Under the pieces are notes generated by a model. The model was not told where the DNA came from and made no database searches. It saw nothing but the letters and a program-made list of their open reading frames with translations. Position numbers and translations under genes: made by a program. Of a DNA stretch of 64,000 bases, positions 8,061 through 17,032 are shown piece after piece. Each line of letters begins with the position of its first letter. Position 1 is the first letter of the stretch. This DNA comes from an uncultured Anaerolineales bacterium (GTDB lineage Bacteria > Chloroflexota > Anaerolineae > UBA7937 > JACPPX01): positions 1,131 to 65,130 of the forward strand of contig CAYGBX010000009.1 in assembly GCA_964348195.1 (NCBI GenBank), written 5' to 3'.

Positions 8061-9220
8061 AATGCCGAGACCTCGGTGGTCTCGATCGTGGGCGCGCGGC
8101 TCTTGTCAAGCAGGGTCCGGTAGTAGTCGAGAACCTGCTTTGCCACACTCTCCCAGGCGAACCCCTGAGACTTGGCGAGCCCGCTCTGTCCCATCCGCGT
8201 CCGGAGCTCAGGGTCCTGCAGGAGCCCGACCAAGGCCTCGGCGAGAGCCACCTCGTCGCCAGGGGCGACCAGAAGTCCCTCTTGTCCAGAAGCGATGAGA
8301 TCACGGTATCCGGGAATGTCCGACGCTACCAGGGGCCGAGCCGAAGCCATCGCTTCTAGAAGCACCAGGCCGAAGCTCTCGTATCCCGTGGAGGGGGCGC
8401 AGAACACATGGCAGGCGGCGTAGTAGCGGGGCAACTCTTCTTCGGAAACGTACCCGACAAACTGGACGCCGCGGATCCGGTGGCTGCGAACATAGAGAAG
8501 GTAGGGCGCCTTGTCGTCCTTGTCGTAGGCCCCGACCACGATCAACCTGGCCTCAGGAATCTGCTCCTTGACCCGGGCGAAGGCTGCGAGCAGATGGCGG
8601 AACCCCTTCCGCTTCTCCAGCCTACCCACGAAAAGTATATTGAGCCCATCGTCCTTCAGTCGGTCCACTGGCCGGACGCGCTGGGGAGAGAACCGCTCGA
8701 TATCGATCCCGTTGGGAATGATGGCGTATTCGCCGGGGAAGTAGGTAGCCACGGAGTCACGAGCCGCCGCCGACACGGCGATTCGACCGTCCAGCCGGTT
8801 GATGAATCGCTTCGCCAGGGGTTTTCCGTAGGCGTAGGCGGCGTGGGTCTCTCGATGGGCGTGGAAGGTGCCGACATTGACCGCCTTGGAGTGGCGGAGC
8901 ACGGCCAGAGGAAGCGCCGGCGCCAGGGGTTCGTGGGCGTGGACGATGTCAAACCGCTCCTGGCGCAGGATCCGCTTGACCCGCCAGTAGAGCCGCGGAG
9001 AGAGGCTGATGCGGGCGATCGAGCCGGAGTAGGGGACCGGGAGCACGGTGGAGGAGGCGACGATCAAGTGAGCCGGGAGGGCCCCAGCGTCGGCAGAGCA
9101 GGGAGCGATGATCCGCACCTCATTTCCCCACTCGCGGAAGTGGCGGTCCAAGTATGAGATATGTCGGGTCACCCCGCCGGGGTAAAGATAGTCATAGGGG
9201 GAAACGAGGGCGATCTTCAT
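8057..9220 (-). CDS. pimA: GT4 glycosyltransferase, PimA-like (phosphatidylinositol mannosyltransferase candidate)
   Basis: N-terminus MKIALVSPYDYLYPGGVTRHI...EVRIIAP resembles mycobacterial PimA. C-terminal ESFGLVLLEAMA is a GT4 E-x7-E-type motif. The context (CDP-alcohol transferase, ino1) supports the call. Confidence 0.7.
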   Translation of the reverse strand: MKIALVSPYDYLYPGGVTRHISYLDRHFREWGNEVRIIAPCSADAGALPAHLIVASSTVLPVPYSGSIARISLSPRLYWRVKRILRQERFDIVHAHEPLAPALPLAVLRHSKAVNVGTFHAHRETHAAYAYGKPLAKRFINRLDGRIAVSAAARDSVATYFPGEYAIIPNGIDIERFSPQRVRPVDRLKDDGLNILFVGRLEKRKGFRHLLAAFARVKEQIPEARLIVVGAYDKDDKAPYLLYVRSHRIRGVQFVGYVSEEELPRYYAACHVFCAPSTGYESFGLVLLEAMASARPLVASDIPGYRDLIASGQEGLLVAPGDEVALAEALVGLLQDPELRTRMGQSGLAKSQGFAWESVAKQVLDYYRTLLDKSRAPTIETTEVSAL

Positions 9221-9966
9221 CCCCGGTCCTGCATCAGACTCCGCGCTGCGCGTCGCAGGTGCTTCCCTGGAAGCAGCACCAGGCCTCGGAAGAGTTGCTT
9301 TCCTGCGGTCGAGAGTGAGACAGCCTGCTCGGAAATGGAGAGAAACTCCCCGTGGGCCTCTGTCAAACCGGCCTGAAGGGCCGCGCGGAAATCACCTGAC
9401 GAGGTCCCGGGGAATAGGGTATAGCCTCTGCCGATTTGGCTTAGGAGGTGGGCGTCGCTTCCCGCCACCTCGGACAGGTGAAACTCCTCTGCGTTCGCTT
9501 CGCGCACCGCTCGATGCACCACCTGTCCGGCGGAGGTTGGGTTCAGGACCTCAATCCCGTCGAAGGAGACCTCGTCCCGGGGATCGTGCAGGATGGCCCG
9601 GATTCGTCTTCTCCCGATGCTCCAGATGAGCCAGCTCATGGGGTGGGGGACGATGCAGAACCCGCCTTGCCGGTGCACTTCGGAGATGGTGTCGGCAAGA
9701 GACTGTAGCATCGGGACCTTCTCCCGGATGTCGTAGGCGAGGAGGTGGCCCGCGCGAGTGGTGACCTCCGTCCCTGCGATGACCTCAAAGCGGTAGTCAC
9801 CATCTCGAGCCCGGTCCAGCGCTTCCAGCGAACCTTCCAGGAGATCGTGGTCGGTGATGGCGATGAGGTCGAGATCGGTCTCGGTCTCAACGTGCTCCAG
9901 GATCTCGGAAACGCTGGCGAGACCGTCCCCGGCCGCGGAGTGGATGTGGAGATCTGCCTTCCCCAT
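9217..9966 (-). CDS. PHP-family (polymerase/histidinol phosphatase-type) phosphoesterase
   Basis: Motifs ADLHIHS, ITDHD, HP and GSDAH. The preferred start is ATG 9966, with GAGGGAGAA upstream. The track start at 9996 would overlap the upstream gene. Confidence 0.75.
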   Translation of the reverse strand: MGKADLHIHSAAGDGLASVSEILEHVETETDLDLIAITDHDLLEGSLEALDRARDGDYRFEVIAGTEVTTRAGHLLAYDIREKVPMLQSLADTISEVHRQGGFCIVPHPMSWLIWSIGRRRIRAILHDPRDEVSFDGIEVLNPTSAGQVVHRAVREANAEEFHLSEVAGSDAHLLSQIGRGYTLFPGTSSGDFRAALQAGLTEAHGEFLSISEQAVSLSTAGKQLFRGLVLLPGKHLRRAARSLMQDRG

Positions 9967-9973
9967 TTCTCCC

Positions 9974-10843
9974 TCAGCCCGCCGCGCTGGGACCATCCAC
10001 TCGCCACAGGGGCGTGAACATCAGCCACTGGTCGGGATGCTCGGAAATGACAGATTCCAGTGTCTGGGCCATGGTCCTGAGGTTGGCGCGTAGGTCGCTT
10101 TGCGGGTCTCCTGTGTCCTGCAGTGGAAGCGGAGGAAGGACGCGTGCTTGGTGGCTGCTTCCGTTGTGGAGCCCGTAGCCGAATAGCAAGGGGGCGCCGG
10201 TGCGCATCGCCAGCCGCACCGCGCCGTCGGGAAGGTGCGCCGGCGACCCGAAGAAATCGACCCGGGCGCCCGACTGGGTGATATCGCGATCGGCGGCCAA
10301 GAAGACGATCTCGTTGCGTTTGAGGGCGCGTCGGACGCTGACCAGAGGGCCATCGACCGGAATTAGCCTGATCCCGTCCGCCGATCGCAGCCGGAGCAGG
10401 TATCGGAAGAGCTTGTCGGGCCGCAGCCTCTCCACGGGGACCGTGATGGGATAGCCGTAGGACGCGGCTGCCGCCCACAGGGCGTCGAAGCTGCCGAAGT
10501 GGGCTGAGGTGAGGATCACACCTTTGCCCTTGAGGAGGGACTCCCGCACGTGATCGACGCCTTCGACTGCAGCTACTGAGTGGGAGCGCCGGAATAGATG
10601 GTAGTAGTTCTTGACCGAGTTCTGGAACACTCGCCGGCCCGTGTCGCGCACCTGATCTGGATCAGGATCGGGTCCCAAGATGTGGGATAGGTTTTCCTCA
10701 ATGACTCCCCGGGCCGAACCGTGGAGTCTCCAGACCAGGCGGCCGAGCCAGGACGCCATGGGCAATCCGAGTCGGGGCGGGATTTGCGCTGCCAGGGCAC
10801 CCCCCCATCGGTAGAGGTAGTACTTCAGTAGGCCTCTGTCCAT
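9974..10843 (-). CDS. lysophospholipid/lipid A-type (HtrB/PatA-like) acyltransferase, copy 2
   Basis: MDRGLLKYYLYRWGG...; HFGSFD (HxxxxD-type motif); FLAADRD..; EHPDQWLMF C-terminal motif. Paralogous to 10849-11745. The 501-aa track ORF is an overlapping 5' extension. Confidence 0.8.
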   Translation of the reverse strand: MDRGLLKYYLYRWGGALAAQIPPRLGLPMASWLGRLVWRLHGSARGVIEENLSHILGPDPDPDQVRDTGRRVFQNSVKNYYHLFRRSHSVAAVEGVDHVRESLLKGKGVILTSAHFGSFDALWAAAASYGYPITVPVERLRPDKLFRYLLRLRSADGIRLIPVDGPLVSVRRALKRNEIVFLAADRDITQSGARVDFFGSPAHLPDGAVRLAMRTGAPLLFGYGLHNGSSHQARVLPPLPLQDTGDPQSDLRANLRTMAQTLESVISEHPDQWLMFTPLWRVDGPSAAG

Positions 10844-10848
10844 GGCGT

Positions 10849-11745
10849 TCAACGGCCATTGGGCCACATGCGACGGAACATGTACCACTGATCGGGGTAT
10901 CGCTGGATCAGCCGCTCCTGGATCCTGGCGATCTCCTGAGTGAGTCGACGCAGGTCTTGATCCTTGTCGCCGGAGGGCTCGAAGGTCAGTGGAGGAAGCA
11001 TCTCGCCGTCGAATCCATTGTCCGGCCCCCGGACGAGGTATCCGGTCACGATCGCCGCTCCGGTTCGCAGGGCGATGCTGGCCACCCCGGTCGGCCAGCG
11101 GGTCTCGTGCCCGAAAAATGTCACCGGCACGCCGCGGCCGTCCTTCAGAGGACGGTCGGCAACGATGCCCACAGCCTCGTTGGCTTCCAGCGCTCGGTAA
11201 ATGCGCCGCAGCGGTGCCTCCACCGGGATGATGCGGATGCCGTAGGCCTCCCGGGAGGCCAGAACCTCCTGGTTGACCCGGGGGCTGCCGAACCCCTGGG
11301 TGTCGGCCACCGCGTGGACCGGGTAGTCGTGCAGCGCCAATGCCACCCCAGCAAGATCCCAGTTGCCCAGGTGGGTTCCCACCAGGAGCACACCCTTGCC
11401 TCCGGCCAGGGCCCGGTCCAGGTTCTCCCAGCCCCTCCCCCGGAGGACCCGGCTGAGGGTGTCGCGGTCCAGCCGCCACAGCCGGGCGAAGTCCACCAGG
11501 ACCTTGAAGTAGTTGCGAAACGAATTGCGCGCAGTGCGTCGCACCTCAGGCCTGCTAGCTCCGGGACCAAGGACGTGGCGCATGTTGTCGATGGCGTTGG
11601 CCCGGCCGCGGCGCCAGCCGAGGTAGACCAGGTCACCGAGAAAGGAGGCGACGCGGTAGGAGAGGCTAAGAGGTGCGCGTCGGGCCAGAAAGAGGCCGAG
11701 CCGAAAGATCCCGTACTTGAGAAGGGCCATCAGGACCCTTGCCAA
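10849..11745 (-). CDS. lysophospholipid/lipid A-type (HtrB/PatA-like) acyltransferase, copy 1
   Basis: HLGNWD (HxxxxD), IVADRP and RYPDQWYMFRRMW. Abuts the ino1 stop (11746). Confidence 0.8.
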   Translation of the reverse strand: MARVLMALLKYGIFRLGLFLARRAPLSLSYRVASFLGDLVYLGWRRGRANAIDNMRHVLGPGASRPEVRRTARNSFRNYFKVLVDFARLWRLDRDTLSRVLRGRGWENLDRALAGGKGVLLVGTHLGNWDLAGVALALHDYPVHAVADTQGFGSPRVNQEVLASREAYGIRIIPVEAPLRRIYRALEANEAVGIVADRPLKDGRGVPVTFFGHETRWPTGVASIALRTGAAIVTGYLVRGPDNGFDGEMLPPLTFEPSGDKDQDLRRLTQEIARIQERLIQRYPDQWYMFRRMWPNGR

Positions 11746-12813
11746 TCATCCGGCGATGAACTCTTCGACCATCCGCCGGGCCTCGTCATCGGTGTGTTGC
11801 ACTGGCGGTGCCTTCATGAAGTAGGCAGATGGACCTTCCAGTGTCCCCGAGAGGCCGCGGTCGAGCGCCAGCTTGGAGGCGCGGACGGCATCGATCACCA
11901 CACCCGCCGAATTCGGAGAATCCCACACTTCCAGCTTCAGCTCTATGTTCAGGGGCACGTCCCCGAACGCGCGGCCCTCCAGTCGGATGTGTGCCCACTT
12001 CCGGTCGGTGAGCCAGGGCACGTAGTCGGAGGGACCGATGTAGACGTTCCCCTCGCCAATGTCGTAGTCGAGCTGGCTGGTCACAGCGTTTGTCTTGGAG
12101 ATCTTTTTTGATTCAAGCCTCTCCCGCTCCAACATGTTGTAGAAGTCCATGTTCCCACCGACATTGAGCTGGCTGGTACGGTCAAGCCGCACGCCGCGGC
12201 TTCGGAAAAGGTTGACGAGGGTCCGATGGACGATCGTGGCACCCACTTGCGACTTGATATCGTCCCCAATCATGGGCAGGCCACGTTCGATGAACCGGCT
12301 CTGCCAGTAGGACTCTCGGGCGATGAACACAGGGACGCAGTTGACGAAGCTGCATCCTGCGTCGAGGACCTGTTCCACGTACCACTTTGTGGCCATCTCG
12401 CTTCCTACAGGGAGGAAGTTCACAACCACATCGGTGCCGGTGTCCTGCAGGATCTGCACTACGTTGTCGGTGGGTCCCGGAGCCTTTCGGATCACCTGTT
12501 TCAAGTAGCGACCGAGACCGTCGTGGGTCATGCCGCGCCGGACCGGAACCCCCAGCTTGGGTACGTCGGCGAACTTGTAGGTGTTGTTGGGCGCGACATG
12601 GATGGCATCCGACAAGTCCTTTCCGATCTTCTTGTCGTCCACCTCGAAGGCGGCGGAGAACTCGATGTCGCCCACGTGGTAGCCACCGAAGTTGACGTGC
12701 ATGAGCCCGGGGATGAACGAGTCGTCGGCCGCGTCCCGGTAGTAGTGCACCCCCTGCACAAGGGACGAGGCACAGTTCCCCACTCCGATGAGCCCCACTC
12801 TCACCTTGCCCAT
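11746..12813 (-). CDS. ino1: myo-inositol-1-phosphate synthase
   Basis: [21 protein letters not shown] Rossmann N-terminus; ...GDDIKSQ...[10 protein letters not shown].. typical of the bacterial/archaeal MIPS family. Start ATG 12813 is preceded by GGAGAG. The track start at 12909 adds 32 aa. Confidence 0.85.
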   Translation of the reverse strand: MGKVRVGLIGVGNCASSLVQGVHYYRDAADDSFIPGLMHVNFGGYHVGDIEFSAAFEVDDKKIGKDLSDAIHVAPNNTYKFADVPKLGVPVRRGMTHDGLGRYLKQVIRKAPGPTDNVVQILQDTGTDVVVNFLPVGSEMATKWYVEQVLDAGCSFVNCVPVFIARESYWQSRFIERGLPMIGDDIKSQVGATIVHRTLVNLFRSRGVRLDRTSQLNVGGNMDFYNMLERERLESKKISKTNAVTSQLDYDIGEGNVYIGPSDYVPWLTDRKWAHIRLEGRAFGDVPLNIELKLEVWDSPNSAGVVIDAVRASKLALDRGLSGTLEGPSAYFMKAPPVQHTDDEARRMVEEFIAG

Positions 12814-12953
12814 GCGCTCTCCGCGTGTTCGTTCATCCGTTGAATTCGATGCCTGCAACGCTAGGTTCGTCGTGACCTCAACAGTAGGAGAACCTACAGG
12901 GGCTGTCAAGGCGCGGCGGCCTCGTGGCCAGAAAGCGGCTCAGTGGGACCGGG

Positions 12954-14123
12954 CTAGATTAAGAAGACTAGGAGCAGGACCTGGAAGATGAAGGTGATGA
13001 TGCCACCCACCAGCGCGTTCCGAGGGGGATTGACATGGTAGACCTCGGAGGTCAGGCCCGCGGCAAACAGTGCCCCCACGGCTCCACCCAGCACGGCAAT
13101 CGGAACCATCAGCAAGGTGGGCAACCGCGCGGCGATTGCCAAGCCGAAAACGGGGGCGACCCACAGTCGGGGGAGCTGCGTATATGGGTAGACGCGGGCA
13201 ATCTGCGCATAGCGCGGATCGCCGCCGAAAAGGTCGCTCAGAGTGAAGATCCCCAAGGGCGCGGCGAAGGCCTCCAGCACCGTCCAAGGGAAAACGAGGA
13301 GGAAGAAGCCTGCCACCGTTCCACGCACGCCCGCGTTCCAGAGAACCAGGAGGCCGGGCACTATGGCGAGCACGGCCCAGATTCGGAAGAGGGTCTGGGG
13401 CGTGGGCAGGAAGGATTCTTCCATGAGTGTGCTCAGGGTGCGCAAAGGGTGAACCGTCATGCTGATCAGGGGCGAAAACTGGGTCTCCGTGACAATGTCC
13501 TCGGGACCCCGTTCGCCTCGCGAGGCAGCCTCGACGTGTGAAACGATTGTTGCCACCAGTCGGCCAAAGTCTTGGATGTCTGAGGTCACGAGGAATCCGG
13601 GCTGGGAGCCGATGCCCAGAAGCAACCCGCCGAGGCGATGGGCCAGCCGGAGGTGCCGTTGCTCGGCCCGGATGAGTACGACGATTCGGTCCGTCTCATC
13701 CCCCTCCACCGAAATCACCTCTTGGATTGCGCCCCATGGAATCCACAGCCACGAGCGGAAGAAACGGACATTCAGGGAGGTGCTCGTGATCTTGATTTCA
13801 GGGAGTAGGTTGTAGAACAGGTAGATCAGGAGCAGGAGCAGCAAGAGGGCCAAATGGGCTCGCACGAGATGCCCCAGACCAACCCGGTACAGCAATCCAT
13901 AGGAGCCCTCAACGATTCGGTCCCAGGCTATCTGAGTTGCCAGAGCCACACCGGCGTCGGCCAACTGCGTTCCGAGCGAGATCACGGCGCGTGTCCAGCT
14001 CAGCACATACTGGGCAACGCCGAGAGCCGCCATGAGGATCACAATGGTTCGATAGATCCGCACGTAGCGGCGTGGATAGGTGAAGGTTAGTGAGGGGGCT
14101 TCTGAGGCCAAATCTCCTCCCAC
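12954..14123 (-). CDS. polytopic membrane protein of unknown function (central PH-like soluble segment)
   Basis: 389 aa. TM helices at both ends flank a soluble stretch (LNVRFFRSWLWIPWGAIQEVISVEGDETDRIVVLI). Lies 44 bp upstream of ino1 on the same strand. Confidence 0.5.
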   Translation of the reverse strand: MGGDLASEAPSLTFTYPRRYVRIYRTIVILMAALGVAQYVLSWTRAVISLGTQLADAGVALATQIAWDRIVEGSYGLLYRVGLGHLVRAHLALLLLLLLIYLFYNLLPEIKITSTSLNVRFFRSWLWIPWGAIQEVISVEGDETDRIVVLIRAEQRHLRLAHRLGGLLLGIGSQPGFLVTSDIQDFGRLVATIVSHVEAASRGERGPEDIVTETQFSPLISMTVHPLRTLSTLMEESFLPTPQTLFRIWAVLAIVPGLLVLWNAGVRGTVAGFFLLVFPWTVLEAFAAPLGIFTLSDLFGGDPRYAQIARVYPYTQLPRLWVAPVFGLAIAARLPTLLMVPIAVLGGAVGALFAAGLTSEVYHVNPPRNALVGGIITFIFQVLLLVFLI

Positions 14124-14227
14124 CTGGTGCCGTGGGACCGGGCAGAGGAAAGGCTAGCACAGCCATCCTCTACCGGCAACGGGACAAAGGTCCTACTACG
14201 CCAGGTAGCTCCGCTACCTGGGGGAGC

Positions 14228-14300
14228 GGCGAGCGAGAGGGCGAGCCGCAGCGCACGCGGAGCTGGCCGGCGGCGCTGTGACTGCGAGCGGCGCCGGCCA
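14228..14300. repeat. core-family repeat units (plus orientation)
   Basis: GGCGAGCGAGAGGGCGAGCCGCAGCG followed by related GC-rich units. Located in a divergent intergenic region. Confidence 0.5.
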
Positions 14301-14539
14301 ACGTCTGTGGTGGAGGAACCGCGAAGGTGGTTGGTGGTCTTGCTGCCTCGAGAACTTCCGCCGCCGGGGGTCTCAGGCGCCCCTGCCCACCGTGCGGCCT
14401 TCGCGCATCGGCGCGAAGGGAGTGACGCAAGGTCGGATGCGAGCGAGGTTTGTTGGGGCGGTGAGGCTGTGTTACGGTGCCAGGGGACCGGTCTCCGAGG
14501 ACGAGTCTCGCGCCGGGCGAGGCTCGAAGGAGGGCTCAG

Positions 14540-15238
14540 GTGAGAATCATGGTCGGTCACGCCTGGGACGTCACGCCTGCGGAGGCGAGAGAGATCCAGG
14601 AAGGCCTCCGCCGCGAAGTAGTGGCCGCCTGGGCGGGCGGGCCGGTGCGAACCGTGGCGGGCGTGGACGTAGGGATTCGAAACGACTTGGCGGTAGCCGC
14701 CGTTGTCGTCCTCAGTTTCCCTGAGCTTCAGCTCCTGGAGTCGTCTCGGTCCGAGATTCCGGTGAGCTTCCCCTACATTCCGGGACTGCTGGCGTTCCGG
14801 GAGGCCCCTGCCGTGCTTGAGGCATGCGCCCAGGTGGAGAGGGAGCCGGACCTGTTGATTCTGGACGGTCAGGGGCTGGCTCATCCCCGGCGCATCGGGA
14901 TCGCGAGCCACGTAGGGGTTGTGCTGGGCGTGCCGGCCATCGGGTGTGCCAAGACCCGGCTGGTGGGAACCCATCACGACCCGGGACCGGAGCGCGGCGC
15001 CTATGCCTACCTCTACGACCGCGAGGAGATCGTGGGCGCGGTCGTACGCACCAAGGACAAGACAGCGCCGGTCTACGTATCCGTTGGCGACAAGATTGAT
15101 CTGGAGCAGGCGATCCACTACACGCTTGCCTGCTGCACCAGGTACCGGCTTCCAGAGCCTACCCGGTTGGCGCACCAAGTTGCTGCAGGCAAAGACCTCC
15201 CGGTCGCCGGGAAGCAGCCGTCGCTCTTCGACCAGTAA
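14540..15238 (+). CDS. nfi: endonuclease V
   Basis: VAGVDV..., FPYIPGLLAFRE, LDGQGLAHPRRIGIASHVGV and IGCAK motifs. Start is GTG 14540 (AGGAGG 6 nt upstream) or ATG 14549. Confidence 0.85.
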   Translation: MRIMVGHAWDVTPAEAREIQEGLRREVVAAWAGGPVRTVAGVDVGIRNDLAVAAVVVLSFPELQLLESSRSEIPVSFPYIPGLLAFREAPAVLEACAQVEREPDLLILDGQGLAHPRRIGIASHVGVVLGVPAIGCAKTRLVGTHHDPGPERGAYAYLYDREEIVGAVVRTKDKTAPVYVSVGDKIDLEQAIHYTLACCTRYRLPEPTRLAHQVAAGKDLPVAGKQPSLFDQ

Positions 15239-15439
15239 GGCCGCCCTTCATGCGGGAGATCTGGGCAGCGCCTCCCCACAGGCCCGGACCTGCCCTGGCG
15301 TCGGGCCGCACAGCGGAGCGGCTCTCTCTGCCGCCCGCCGCTCAAAACCGCGGGGCAACTACGTGAGCGGCGGCGCAGGCTGGAAAACGTTCGGCCGCGG
15401 GCCGAGGAGCCCGTCGGCCTCCCGCGGGCTGGCCGAGGC

Positions 15440-16279
15440 GTGCCGAGACCACCCGTCATGAAGGGACGAGGACAAAGGGTGCCGGGCGCGATCTCGGACG
15501 CGGCCGCGCTGATCGTGGGGGCGAACTACGCGGTGGCTCTGACGGGCGCCGGCATCTCCACCCCTTCGGGCATTCCCGACTTCCGCAGCCCGGGCGGGAT
15601 CTGGAGCCAGGTGGATCCGATGGAGGTCGGCTCGATCTGGGGGTTTCGTCGCGACCCGGAGCGATTCTATGAGTTCTTTGGGCGGCGGGCGGGACCATTG
15701 CGAGGTGCTCAGCCCAATCCAGCCCACCATGCCCTGGCGGAGCTGGAGGAAATGGGTCTGCTGAAGACGGTCATCACCCAAAACATCGATCGGCTTCATC
15801 AAGCGGCGGGCTCCCGACGGATCATCGAGGTGCACGGCAACATGGCGGAGATGGTGTGTCTCGAGCGCGGTCATGTGACGCCCAGCGACCCGGTCTGGAA
15901 GCGCTACGAGGGGACCGGGGAGGTGCCGCGCTGCGAAACGTGTGGCAGTCTCCTCAAGCCCAACGCAATCCTCTTCGGGGAGATGCTCCCGGCCGGCGCC
16001 ATCCGCTCGGCGCAAGACGAGGCGGCCCGCTCGGACATCTTCCTCGCCGTAGGATCTTCTCTGACGGTAGCTCCCGCGTCAGATCTTCCTCTCGCTGCGA
16101 TCCGCCGGGGCGCCCAACTCATCGTCGTCAACCTCACGCCCACTCCAGTGGATCGCCATGCGACACTTGTTCTGCGGGGGGATGTGGCCGAGGTCTTGCC
16201 GCGGATCGTGGGGGCGTGCGGCGAGGCACTTGCGTCGGACGAAAGGGCGAGAAGCAACGCAGGCGGAGCGTCGGGCTAG
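15440..16279 (+). CDS. cobB: NAD-dependent protein deacylase (Sir2 family)
   Basis: GAGISTPSGIPDFRSPGGIW, TQNIDRLH and HGN motifs, plus a CETCG zinc-site half. The exact start is uncertain. Confidence 0.85.
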   Translation: MPRPPVMKGRGQRVPGAISDAAALIVGANYAVALTGAGISTPSGIPDFRSPGGIWSQVDPMEVGSIWGFRRDPERFYEFFGRRAGPLRGAQPNPAHHALAELEEMGLLKTVITQNIDRLHQAAGSRRIIEVHGNMAEMVCLERGHVTPSDPVWKRYEGTGEVPRCETCGSLLKPNAILFGEMLPAGAIRSAQDEAARSDIFLAVGSSLTVAPASDLPLAAIRRGAQLIVVNLTPTPVDRHATLVLRGDVAEVLPRIVGACGEALASDERARSNAGGASG

Positions 16280-16295
16280 GTCTCCCGGTCCTCGA

Positions 16296-16470
16296 AGCGC
16301 CGCCCTCTGCTCCCGCTCGACGTCCGCTTGCGCGGCGACTCGCCCCTTCGGCCGCCGGCGGCTCGTCCTAGGCTGGCGCGACGTTTGGCAGCGCGCAGCA
16401 ATCCGCCCGCCGCTGGGGACTCGATCTTCCGCTCGCCGTTGGCGGCCCGTCGGCACCCCCATCGCCCGTG
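16296..16470. repeat. degenerate core-family tandem units (minus orientation)
   Basis: The reverse complement of 16411-16445 gives GGCGAGCGGAAGATCGAGTCCCCAGCG. Neighbouring units are CGCGGCGACTCGCCCCTTCGGCCGC and CGGCGGCTCGTCCTAGGCTGGCG. Lies between convergent genes. Confidence 0.55.
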
Positions 16471-16573
16471 ACAGAACAGCCCCACCCAAGACGCGGGGAC
16501 GCCGGTCAGGACAAAACACCGCCACTCACGACGCGTTCGCGGCCTTCCCGGCTGCCGCCTCAGATTCGGTAGC

Positions 16574-17023
16574 TCAGCGACCGGCCTTGTCGCGAACCCG
16601 CCTCTGGAAGCGATCCAGATCCACGATGGCCCGGACGTGGGTCCCCTCCGCCACCTTCTCTAGCTCGTCGTGAGCCTCCACCTTGAAGGTGAGACGTCGG
16701 CCCTCGACAGACACCAGCCTAGCAGAGGCAGTCACCCGGCCACCCACCGGCGTCGGCGCCAGATGCCGGACATCCACCTCCACGCCGACCGTGTCGTGGC
16801 CCTCTGGAAGATGGGGCTGGGCCGCGTCGCGGCTCGCCTGTTCCATCAGGGCGATGATCCGGGGCGTAGCCAGGACGGGAATCCCGCCGCTGCCAATGTG
16901 AGGAGCCGTGTCCTCGGCGCCGACCTCAATTCGCGTCTCGCCGGTCAGGCCGGGTGAGAGGGACGTCACCGATCGCCGTACAGCAAGAAGCCGACACCCG
17001 GGTGTCGGCTCATCCGATGGCAA
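16574..17023 (-). CDS. hotdog-fold thioesterase (FlK-like family)
   Basis: GSGGIPVLATPRIIALMEQASRDA ... TVGVEVDVRHLAPTPVGGRV ... GRRLTFKVEAHD pattern. Confidence 0.65.
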   Translation of the reverse strand: MPSDEPTPGCRLLAVRRSVTSLSPGLTGETRIEVGAEDTAPHIGSGGIPVLATPRIIALMEQASRDAAQPHLPEGHDTVGVEVDVRHLAPTPVGGRVTASARLVSVEGRRLTFKVEAHDELEKVAEGTHVRAIVDLDRFQRRVRDKAGR

Positions 17024-17032
17024 ACGGTATTG

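Noticed and set aside
9974-11479. 501-aa track ORF
   Set aside because: Its first ~210 aa are Pro/Gly/Arg-rich low-complexity sequence read out of frame across the upstream acyltransferase gene. The conserved acyltransferase sequence begins at ATG 10843, 5 nt after the upstream stop.
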